From a bacterium (lineage in GTDB: Bacteria > SAR324 > NAC60-12): 64,000 nucleotides of DNA. The notes beneath the pieces were generated by a model. It had not been told where the DNA came from. It searched no databases and was given only the letters and a program-made list of their open reading frames with translations. The DNA lies in contig CBDDTI010000746.1 of NCBI GenBank assembly GCA_965233585.1, forward strand, positions 576,001 through 640,000. Direction: 5' to 3'. The translations under genes and the position numbers were made by a program. Numbering within the stretch: the stretch's first letter is position 1; each line of letters opens with the position of its first letter. Below are positions 49,720-58,294 of the stretch, in pieces.

Positions 49720-51594
49720 ATGATACACACCATTCAATCGCCAGAGCAACTACATCACTTATCTTTGCAAGATCTTCAACAGCTCACTGAAGACTCCAGA
49801 GAACAAATTATTCGTGTCACAAGCCAAAAGGGAGGGCATCTTGCCTCTTCTCTTGGCACAGTGGAATTGACTGTGGCGCTGCTTCATGTGTTCAATCCTC
49901 ATCACGACAAAATTGTTTGGGACACAGGGCATCAGACGTATGCCTATAAAATCTTGACAGGACGCCATAAATCCTTTCACACTTTATCAGAAAAAGGAGG
50001 GATTAAAAAGTTTTTATCCATGCAAGAAAGTCCGCATGATCACTTTGGAGCAGGTCATGCCTCTACTGCCATTTCTGCTGGGCTTGGTATGGCAACAGCA
50101 CGTGATATGTTACAACAACAACACCATGTGGTTGCCATTTTGGGAGACGGTGCGCTCACAGGAGGCTTGAGCTTTGAAGCACTCAATCATAATGGAGCAT
50201 TGGCAAAAAATATGATTGTCATCCTCAATGACAATGGCATGAGCATTGACCCCAATGTTGGAGCCATCTCAAAAATGATCACCAAATTCACTGCCTCCAA
50301 AACCTACAACTTGGTACGTGATGAAGCGTGGCATTTATCCAAAAAAATGCCGTTCTCCTCTGCGTTACAGGAGTTGATGCACAAGTTTGAAGTCTCTACA
50401 AAAATGTTTTTTTCTCCAATGTTTTTGTTTGAACCTTTGGGCTGGCGTTATTTTGGTCCCGTAGATGGACATTCACTGAAGGGACTCATTGACTTGTTTT
50501 CTCATGTCAAAGATCTCAAAGGTCCCATTGTGATTCATGCACTGACACAAAAAGGCAAGGGATACCGCTTTGCAGAAGAAGACGCTTTTAAATATCATGG
50601 AGTGTCCCCGTTCATTCCTGACGATGGACAATTTATTGGGAAAGCGAAGCCCCAAAGTTACTCCAATCTGCTTGGTCAAGAGTTGGACAACATCATGGCT
50701 CAAGATGACAAAGTTTGTGTTATCAGTCCTGCTATGTTAAGTGGTTCAGGTATTTTTCATCTTTTGGAAAAATATCCTGAACGTATTTTTGATGTCGGCA
50801 TCGCAGAAGGACATGCCACAACTTTTGCGGCGGGGCTGGCGACTTCTGGCGTCAAGCCTTTTTTGGCAATTTACTCTACTTTCTTACAACGTTCCATTGA
50901 CAATGTCATCCATGACATCGCTTTGCAAAACCTGCCTGTCAAAATAATGATTGACCGTGCGGGGCTGGTTGGGGCTGATGGTCCAACACATCATGGCATC
51001 TTTGACCTGACTTATTTACGTATGATTCCGAACATGACCATTCTTGCTCCCAAAGATGGACCAGAATTGCAAGCGATGATTCAGTTTGCATACGAATATG
51101 AAGCAGGTCCCATCGCTGTCAGATACCCAAGAGGCAATGCCGTTTTTGACCGCCAGCTTAAAACACCAATTCAACTTGGAAAGAGTGTTGTAGAAAAAGA
51201 AGGCAAGGACGTGGTGATTTTGGCGGTTGGAACGTTGGTGAGTACGGCTTGGGAAGTAGTGGATTCTTTGACAGACAAAGGATACGATGCGGCACTGGTC
51301 AATGTGAGATTTATCAAACCATTAGACACTGATTTGATTCAAAAATTAGCAAAGCATGCCAAGTTGATTGTGACGATTGAAGAAAACACCATTTGCGGAG
51401 GCTTTGGTTCTGCTGTGTTAGAGTTCTTGAGTCAGCAATGCTTGACTCCTCAAACTCTCTTATTGGCTGTTCCTGATGAATTTATAGAGCAAGCCTCTCA
51501 AAAAGAACAACAAGAACAGTGTGGCTTGTCTGCCAATCGCATCTTACAAGCGATTCTTGCCAAAATTTCCACCTCTCATCACGTTGAAACATGA
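49720..51594 (+). CDS. dxs: 1-deoxy-D-xylulose-5-phosphate synthase
   Basis: GGHLASSLG, WDTGHQ, GDGA...LNDN, YSTFLQR and DRAGLVGADGPTHHG motifs. Confidence 0.97.
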   Translation: MIHTIQSPEQLHHLSLQDLQQLTEDSREQIIRVTSQKGGHLASSLGTVELTVALLHVFNPHHDKIVWDTGHQTYAYKILTGRHKSFHTLSEKGGIKKFLSMQESPHDHFGAGHASTAISAGLGMATARDMLQQQHHVVAILGDGALTGGLSFEALNHNGALAKNMIVILNDNGMSIDPNVGAISKMITKFTASKTYNLVRDEAWHLSKKMPFSSALQELMHKFEVSTKMFFSPMFLFEPLGWRYFGPVDGHSLKGLIDLFSHVKDLKGPIVIHALTQKGKGYRFAEEDAFKYHGVSPFIPDDGQFIGKAKPQSYSNLLGQELDNIMAQDDKVCVISPAMLSGSGIFHLLEKYPERIFDVGIAEGHATTFAAGLATSGVKPFLAIYSTFLQRSIDNVIHDIALQNLPVKIMIDRAGLVGADGPTHHGIFDLTYLRMIPNMTILAPKDGPELQAMIQFAYEYEAGPIAVRYPRGNAVFDRQLKTPIQLGKSVVEKEGKDVVILAVGTLVSTAWEVVDSLTDKGYDAALVNVRFIKPLDTDLIQKLAKHAKLIVTIEENTICGGFGSAVLEFLSQQCLTPQTLLLAVPDEFIEQASQKEQQEQCGLSANRILQAILAKISTSHHVET

Positions 51595-52877
51595 ATCCTT
51601 CTATTGGCATTGTTGGGGCAGGACCTGCTGGATGTTATCTGGCTCAAGCCTTGCGGAAGAAGTGGGGGCAGTCTCCAATAGACCTGATAGACCAGCTCTC
51701 CGTGCCTTTTGGTTTAGTCCGTTATGGTGTGGCATGTGACCACCAAGGAACAAAAGGCGTCATTCGTCAATTTGCAAGACTTTTTGAACGTGAACAGGTA
51801 CGGTTCATTGGCAATCTTCAAATAGGAAACGACGTCAGTCTTGAGGAATTGCGGCAGATTTATGACGTGGTTGTTTTGTCTGTTGGACTGTATCAAGACC
51901 GTCAGCTAGGGCTTGAAGGCGAAGATTCCAAAGGCATTTATGGCTCTGGAGTCATCACAAGACTTTTCAATGACTATCCTGACTTTTCTCTATCAACAGC
52001 TCAATCACAGGCAATCACTCAATCACAAATAGACAAATCACAAGTTCACTTTGGGAAGAATCTAGTTGTGATAGGGCAAGGAAACGTAGCAATGGACTTA
52101 GTGAGGCTTTTTGCCAAAAAAGGTGATGAATGGAATGGCTCTGACCTGTCCCCTGACAATCAAAAACTCATTGAACACTCTGAAGTCCAAACCATCTCTG
52201 TTGTGGGACGTTCCCCCATGGAAGACTCCAAATTTGACCTAGTCATGCTCAAAGAGTTCTTAAAGCTCAAAAATGCTCAATTTAAAATACATGGTGAAGC
52301 ACTGCCCCAAACACACCCAAAACTAGAAGTCTTTCAACAGCTCATTGAACAATCTGACGCCCAAGCACCTTGCACCATCTCATTTTATTTTGGCTATACT
52401 CCCAAGCAGTTCATTGCACGACAAGAGCATGTGGAAGGTGTGGTCTTTTCTAACCAGTTGACCTTACCTGCAACCAGCGTTTTCACAGCCATTGGCTATG
52501 AACCGCATTTCAAACATGACCATTTACTAGACGACATGACTTGCCTCCAAACAGGCAGACTGGCAAAAGGACTCTATTGTGCAGGCTGGTTTAAAAGGGG
52601 ACCGAAAGGGACAATTCCTGAAAATAGAACTGATGCTAAATCTGTGGCAGAACAAATTATTCAAGATGTAGAATCTGGCACTATTCCTATTCAGCCTTGC
52701 CAAATTCAAACATCTCAAAGACATAATTTTTTTGAAAAGCTGGCATCTCATCAAACGTTGGTAGATTATGAAGGTTGGCAAAAGATTGATGCTTATGAAC
52801 AAGCCCAAAAGCCTCCCCACCGTACACGATTAAAAGTCTCTGACAAGAGACTCCTTTTAAACCTTGCTACAAAATAA
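51591..52877 (+). CDS. Adrenodoxin-reductase-like flavodoxin/ferredoxin-NADP+ reductase (FprA/XplB/CinB type)
   Basis: GAGPAG, PFGLVRYGVACDH, GQGNVAMD and GWFKRGPKGTI motifs. Confidence 0.88.
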   Translation: MNPSIGIVGAGPAGCYLAQALRKKWGQSPIDLIDQLSVPFGLVRYGVACDHQGTKGVIRQFARLFEREQVRFIGNLQIGNDVSLEELRQIYDVVVLSVGLYQDRQLGLEGEDSKGIYGSGVITRLFNDYPDFSLSTAQSQAITQSQIDKSQVHFGKNLVVIGQGNVAMDLVRLFAKKGDEWNGSDLSPDNQKLIEHSEVQTISVVGRSPMEDSKFDLVMLKEFLKLKNAQFKIHGEALPQTHPKLEVFQQLIEQSDAQAPCTISFYFGYTPKQFIARQEHVEGVVFSNQLTLPATSVFTAIGYEPHFKHDHLLDDMTCLQTGRLAKGLYCAGWFKRGPKGTIPENRTDAKSVAEQIIQDVESGTIPIQPCQIQTSQRHNFFEKLASHQTLVDYEGWQKIDAYEQAQKPPHRTRLKVSDKRLLLNLATK

Positions 52878-52882
52878 AAGTT

Positions 52883-53332
52883 ATGAACATCACCATCTTA
52901 TTTGGAACAGAAACGGGCAATGCTGAAGTGTTGGCAGAAGATTTACAATCAGAATTACAAGGGACACATGAGGTGCAAATCTGCAACATGTGCGACTTTG
53001 ACTTGGCTGATTTTTCAACAAACATTTTTTATATCGTTGTTTGTTCTACCTATGGGGACGGAGATTTGCCCACTTCAGCAGAAGATTTTTACGATGCGTT
53101 GATAGAACAGAAGCCTGATTTGTCTGGAATCCAATTTGCCACGTTTGGGCTGGGTGACACAGAGTATGAAGAGACATTTAATTTTGGCTGTCAAAGAATA
53201 GACAAACTCTTCACCAAGCAAGGCGCTCAAAGAATTGGCACAATCCAAATGCACGATGCCTCCAGCGATGACCTCCCTGAAGACTTGGCAATGGATTGGA
53301 TCAAAGACATTCTCAGTCAAGTCCAAAACTAA
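52883..53332 (+). CDS. Flavodoxin (cindoxin / XplA flavodoxin-domain-like)
   Basis: GTETGNAE, STYGDGDLP and FGLGD motifs. Confidence 0.9.
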   Translation: MNITILFGTETGNAEVLAEDLQSELQGTHEVQICNMCDFDLADFSTNIFYIVVCSTYGDGDLPTSAEDFYDALIEQKPDLSGIQFATFGLGDTEYEETFNFGCQRIDKLFTKQGAQRIGTIQMHDASSDDLPEDLAMDWIKDILSQVQN

Positions 53333-53414
53333 AACACACGTCCAAAAAACTTTGTGACTTCAACAGTTAAAAAACACTTGATTTCAAAGCACTTTTAACC
53401 TCCAAAACCTAATT

Positions 53415-56051
53415 ATGAAAAACCCTGCTGTTAAATATCTGAAAGACTACTGTCCCCCGAATTACTGGATTGAACACATTGAGCTTTGTTTGGAACTTGA
53501 CCCTGAACAGACAAAGGTTTCTACTCATCTGACGCTCAAACGCAATCATCACCAACAAAAAGATTTAGTTTTAGATGGTGAAGACCTCAAACTCATCTCT
53601 GTTTCTGTCAATCATCAAACACTCTCAAAGCATCAATATTCACATGATGACTCCACGCTCACCATTTTTGACCCACCTGATGCCTTTTCTTTGCAAATTG
53701 AAAATGAGATAGAACCTATTAAAAACACCCAATTATCAGGGCTTTATGTCTCAAAAAACCGATTTTTTACACAATGCGAGGCAGAGGGTTTTAGACGCAT
53801 CACTTATTTCTTAGACCGCCCTGACGTGATGGCAACTTACCAAACTAAAATCATTGCAGATGCCAAACAATTTCCCTTGTTGCTTTCCAATGGCAACATC
53901 ACCAATTCTGGCAAGCTAGAAGATGGCAGGCATTGGATAGAATGGCAAGACCCCTTTAAAAAACCTAGCTACTTGTTTGCCCTAGTAGCTGGGGACTTCA
54001 GCATTTTGGAAGATTCTTTTACCACCGCATCAGGACGTGAGGTGGCTCTTAAAATTTACACTGCACCTGAACATGCCACCAAATGCGACCATGCTATGCA
54101 GTCCCTTAAACGAGCGATGAAGTGGGACGAAGAGAAGTTTGGTCTGGAATATGACCTTGAATGCTTTAGAGTCGTTGCTGTTGATGACTTCAACATGGGA
54201 GCGATGGAAAACAAAAGCCTGAATATTTTTAACTCCAAATGTATTCTTGCCACGCCACAGACCACAACCGATGCACAGCTCAGTCGGATTGAAGGCATTG
54301 TTGCCCATGAGTATTTTCACAACTGGACAGGCAACCGCGTCACATGCCGTGATTGGTTTCAACTCAGTCTAAAGGAAGGCTTAACCGTGTTTAGAGACCA
54401 AGAATTTTCATCAGACATGGGCGACCGTGCCATTCAACGAATAGGAGATGCCCACTTTTTACGAGTGTTCCAATTCCCTGAAGACAGAGGTCCCATGGCT
54501 CACTCCACAAGACCTGATTCCTTTGTTGAAATCAATAACTTTTACACACGCACCGTGTATGAGAAAGGTGCAGAAGTCGTTCGTATGATTCACACTCTGC
54601 TTGGTCAGAAGAATTTCCGTCAGGGCATGGATTTGTATTTTGAACGACATGACGGACAGGCTGTGACGATTGATGACTTCATTCAAGCCATGCAAGATGC
54701 CAGCAACATAGACCTTTCTCAATTCCGACTTTGGCACTCTCAACCCGGTACCCCACAAATCCACGTCCGAGCCATTTATGAGCTAGACACCCAAACCTTG
54801 ACCCTTAAAATCAGACAAAGCATTCCATCTCAACCTGCAAAGACTCCTTTGCATATTCCTTTTGCTATCGGATTCTTAGACCGCTCTGGTTCTCCTTTGA
54901 TTCCACAGCTTTTGGGGCAAAAGACCCCCAACATTCAAGAAACATGTGTACTTGAACTTAAAAAGGAAGAAGAGACGTTTTGTTTCACAGGACTATCCGA
55001 AATGCCAATCTTGTCTTTGTTAAGAGATTTTTCTGCACCTGTTGAGGTGCATTTTGACGCCTCGCAAGAAGAGTTAGCCTTTTTGTCTGTTTATGACCCC
55101 AATCCTTTTAGTCGTTGGGACGCCTCAAGGCAGTTGATTTATGGGTCTTTACTGAATCAGCTTCACTCTGAAAGTCCTGAATCTGAAAGCAACCAAAGTG
55201 AAGTCATTCTTGAAACATTCCGTGAGCTGTTGAAAAACCCAAATCAAAACCCTGCACTCCTTGCCAAAATGCTGGCATTGCCATCTGACAGAGAGTTTGC
55301 AGAACTGGTCAATCCCATTGATGTTGATGCCATTCATCAACTGCTGACCAACACCATCAGACACATTGCAACAGCCTTGCAAGATGAGCTTTTACAAGTC
55401 TATGAACGTTACCATGACACCAATCCTTACCAATGGAACACTGAATCTGTTGCCAGACGTGCCTTGAAAAATGCTTGTCTCCATCTGTTGACCCACTCCT
55501 CAAATTATTTTGAATTGGCTTATGAACAATACCAAAACGCGGATAATCTGACAGACAGACTGGCTGCCTTCCGCGACTTGGTGCATACAGAAAACACGTT
55601 CAAGTCCCAAGTGATTGATGACTTCTTCCAAAGGTTTCAGCACGAAGACCTTGTCTTAGAAGAGTGGTTTGCTGTGCAAGCGACTGCCCCTTTTCCAAGC
55701 ACATTGCAAACCATCAAAACCCTAACACAACACGACAAATTTTCTGTCTCCAATCCCAACAAAGTGCGTTCGCTTTTGTTCTCTTTTGCCATGAACAATC
55801 TGACTCAATTTCATCAGCCTGAAAGCTATCAATTTTACACCGATTGGATTTGGAAGTTGGACGACATCAACCCGCAAGCTGCTGCGTCAGGCTTAGCTGC
55901 TTTTCAAAATCGCATCAGGCATCAACCTGAAAAATCTAAGATGATGGCAGAACATTTGCGGGCATTGCTCAACAAACCTGCACTTTCCAATGACGTCTAT
56001 GAGATTCTCCAAAAAAACCTCCAGCAATCTCCTGTCAAAGAAGCCAAATAA
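53415..56051 (+). CDS. pepN: Aminopeptidase N
   Basis: TQCEAEGFRRIT, GAMENK and HEYFHNWTGNRVTCRDWFQLSLKEG motifs. Confidence 0.97.
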   Translation: MKNPAVKYLKDYCPPNYWIEHIELCLELDPEQTKVSTHLTLKRNHHQQKDLVLDGEDLKLISVSVNHQTLSKHQYSHDDSTLTIFDPPDAFSLQIENEIEPIKNTQLSGLYVSKNRFFTQCEAEGFRRITYFLDRPDVMATYQTKIIADAKQFPLLLSNGNITNSGKLEDGRHWIEWQDPFKKPSYLFALVAGDFSILEDSFTTASGREVALKIYTAPEHATKCDHAMQSLKRAMKWDEEKFGLEYDLECFRVVAVDDFNMGAMENKSLNIFNSKCILATPQTTTDAQLSRIEGIVAHEYFHNWTGNRVTCRDWFQLSLKEGLTVFRDQEFSSDMGDRAIQRIGDAHFLRVFQFPEDRGPMAHSTRPDSFVEINNFYTRTVYEKGAEVVRMIHTLLGQKNFRQGMDLYFERHDGQAVTIDDFIQAMQDASNIDLSQFRLWHSQPGTPQIHVRAIYELDTQTLTLKIRQSIPSQPAKTPLHIPFAIGFLDRSGSPLIPQLLGQKTPNIQETCVLELKKEEETFCFTGLSEMPILSLLRDFSAPVEVHFDASQEELAFLSVYDPNPFSRWDASRQLIYGSLLNQLHSESPESESNQSEVILETFRELLKNPNQNPALLAKMLALPSDREFAELVNPIDVDAIHQLLTNTIRHIATALQDELLQVYERYHDTNPYQWNTESVARRALKNACLHLLTHSSNYFELAYEQYQNADNLTDRLAAFRDLVHTENTFKSQVIDDFFQRFQHEDLVLEEWFAVQATAPFPSTLQTIKTLTQHDKFSVSNPNKVRSLLFSFAMNNLTQFHQPESYQFYTDWIWKLDDINPQAAASGLAAFQNRIRHQPEKSKMMAEHLRALLNKPALSNDVYEILQKNLQQSPVKEAK

Positions 56052-56054
56052 GCG

Positions 56055-56999
56055 ATGCAAGCCTGTTATCTTTGCTCAAACCCTTTGCCACAGGGGCAGT
56101 CGTTTTATCAAGACCACAGCAAGTTTGTCTGCCTCCAATGTTTCAAAGACTCACCACGTTGCAAAAAATGCAAATTCCCTTCTAAACAACTTGCCATTGC
56201 TCATTACTGGGGCATGGTCTGCGAGTTTTGCCAAGAAGAACTGAACAAATCCATTGGCTCATGTCAGCTTTGTCAAGCAGAAATCACCATCTCTGCTTCC
56301 CATTATGCAGACGCAGGCAGGCTTGTTTGCCAAAAATGCTTTATCGTTGCCAAAAGATGCTTCATCTGTGCCTTCCCTCAATCTGCTCAAACCATTGCAG
56401 GCTTTGGGGACGTCTGCCCTGACTGTCTTGACCCCTTGTTCAGCCCTCAATCTGACTTGTCTGCAGTGACCCAACCCATTCTTAAATTTCTGGCAAGCCT
56501 CAAAGTTTCTGTTGACACTGTCCCCCAAATCAAATGGGTGGATTGGAATCTCTTGCTTGGCATGCAACACAAAGAACGTCCACCTTGTCCTATCAAAAGA
56601 CTTGATGATTTCTTACGATACGCCTACCCCGTCTTTTACCTGAAAGGCACACTTTACACGTTGAAACGTATGACGCCTTCTTTGCTTCTGACTCACATTT
56701 CGGGGCAACTGGCAGCTGCTCAACTCTGTTCACAATATCAACTCCCTCACCTGCTAGATGACTCCCCTTTTTTTGAGCTTGCCCGCTCCTGGGTTCACTG
56801 GGTGTCTTACACCACTGCACAAATTCTCAAATACGAAAAAGAGCAAAAACTACTCACCAGCCGACCCGAATGGGTTCTCAAAGACTTCAAAAAACTACAA
56901 GCCATGTCTCAATTCAATCCTCCTACCAAAATCGTCCTTTACGCACACTCCACTCTTGCCAACTACGCCAAAAAATATCTTTTCCCTCCTCTTTCATAA
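56055..56999 (+). CDS. Multi-CxxC (LIM-like) zinc-finger protein with DA1-like C-terminal domain
   Basis: Eight CxxC pairs in the first ~125 aa; the C-terminal domain lacks HExxH. Confidence 0.6.
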   Translation: MQACYLCSNPLPQGQSFYQDHSKFVCLQCFKDSPRCKKCKFPSKQLAIAHYWGMVCEFCQEELNKSIGSCQLCQAEITISASHYADAGRLVCQKCFIVAKRCFICAFPQSAQTIAGFGDVCPDCLDPLFSPQSDLSAVTQPILKFLASLKVSVDTVPQIKWVDWNLLLGMQHKERPPCPIKRLDDFLRYAYPVFYLKGTLYTLKRMTPSLLLTHISGQLAAAQLCSQYQLPHLLDDSPFFELARSWVHWVSYTTAQILKYEKEQKLLTSRPEWVLKDFKKLQAMSQFNPPTKIVLYAHSTLANYAKKYLFPPLS

Positions 57000-57122
57000 C
57001 GCCAACCAAACAACAAACCTTTGAACAAAGATTGAAAAAGATTGAGAACAGCAGAATTTTCGTTTTATGATGATGATAACGATTGACTTATTTGATGATT
57101 TTAATTTTTAAGGAGTTATGTG

Positions 57123-57365
57123 ATGAGTATGACATTAAATTTTGAAGCAGATCATGCTTTGAAGGTCTCAAAAAATGAAACCCAAAACATGAAGAAAACA
57201 ATTTTAGAAATCAAAGAACAGATTAGACAGAAAAAAACAGAAAAGAAAGATTATGATTTAGTTTCTATGGTGGGTATAGGGAGGCATTGTAGTTCTTTTG
57301 AAAAAGGAACAATGGACGAAATAGATCAGTATATTCGTGAACTAAGGAGCGAATGGAAAGATTAG
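57123..57365 (+). CDS. Putative antitoxin
   Basis: AAGGAG RBS; small ORF ending YIRELRSEW that overlaps the PIN gene. Confidence 0.7.
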   Translation: MSMTLNFEADHALKVSKNETQNMKKTILEIKEQIRQKKTEKKDYDLVSMVGIGRHCSSFEKGTMDEIDQYIRELRSEWKD

Positions 57366-57784
57366 AAAATAAATTATATTTTGATGCAAACATTTTTATA
57401 TATGCGATTGAGGGAAATGCGTTTTTGCAACAATCTTTAAAAGATTTCTTAGATTTTGTGTCTCGCCAGATTGAGATAATTGTTACAAGCGAACTGACCC
57501 TTGCAGAATGTCTAGTTTTACCTAGAAGGAATGATAATAAGTATTTACAAAGCATGTATTTAGACGCTCTTATTAAAAATAGAAAAGTTTCTTTAAAAAA
57601 TGTTGATATTGCAACATGGTTATTGGCTTCAGATATAAGGGCAAAATATAACTTTCACCTTCCAGATTCAGTACACATCGCAACAGCCATTTTAAACGAC
57701 TGTTCTTTGATGACAAATGATAAGAAGTTGAAAGGTGTAGAAGGGTTGAAAATTTTCTATTTAGATGACTTCTTACAGTCATAA
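57353..57784 (+). CDS. PIN-domain (VapC-like) toxin
   Basis: YFDANIFIY, ELTLAEC, LPDSVHIATA and MTNDKKL acidic PIN motifs. Confidence 0.88.
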   Translation: MERLENKLYFDANIFIYAIEGNAFLQQSLKDFLDFVSRQIEIIVTSELTLAECLVLPRRNDNKYLQSMYLDALIKNRKVSLKNVDIATWLLASDIRAKYNFHLPDSVHIATAILNDCSLMTNDKKLKGVEGLKIFYLDDFLQS

Positions 57785-57810
57785 ACATTCAACTCCCCTC
57801 GTTTTCCTGA

Positions 57811-57837
57811 ATCATTCTGTGCCTGACACAGAATCTC
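57811..57837 (+). repeat. REP-like palindrome
   Basis: ATCATTCTGTGCCTGACACAGAATCTC. Confidence 0.75.
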
Positions 57838-58045
57838 AACCAAGTGAGCAATCGGTGTGTTGGACAACAGTCAAAAAATACAACCTCAAACAAGAATCTT
57901 TGGCATGAACCAACTGAAAATAGGTTGATGAGCTAGCACACAAACAAGCCGCTTGAAGTCCCATAAAAACAGGTAAGCAACGCAAAAGACAGATGCTACA
58001 ACCACCACATTTCAAACTCCATTAGTAAAAAAACGAAAAAAAAGC

Positions 58046-58074
58046 TTGTGTAACTTTTAAAAGGTTTTTACAAT
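58046..58074 (+). promoter_or_regulatory. Putative sigma70 promoter
   Basis: TTGTGT-17 nt-TACAAT preceded by A-tracts. Confidence 0.55.
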
Positions 58075-58083
58075 ATATTGTTT

Positions 58084-58268
58084 TTCTGACTACGTCAAGA
58101 ATGGTCTTGGCAGAGTTCAGGATTAAATGACACATGACTCCTTTTGATCTGGGGCGTCGTGTGTGTTCTTTCATTCGTTTGTCCAGTTTTGTCAGGAATG
58201 GTCTTGGCAGAAATCTGGATTAAATGACGCATGACTCCTTTTGATCTGGGGTGTTGTGTGTGTTCTTT
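58084..58268 (+). ncRNA. Tandem pair of structured leader RNA units (unknown family)
   Basis: 78-nt cores at 58094-58171 and 58191-58268 differ at 7 positions; outer stem shows three compensatory base-pair changes. Confidence 0.7.
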
Positions 58269-58294
58269 AACCATAACTAAAATGAGGATAACCT

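Noticed and set aside
58094..58268. Fluoride riboswitch or two-repeat mini-CRISPR
   Set aside because: ATGACTCCT is present, but the GGCGATGGAGTTCGCC-type 5' half is absent and the GAGTT in copy 1 is not conserved in copy 2. A 78-nt repeat with a 19-nt gap does not fit CRISPR.
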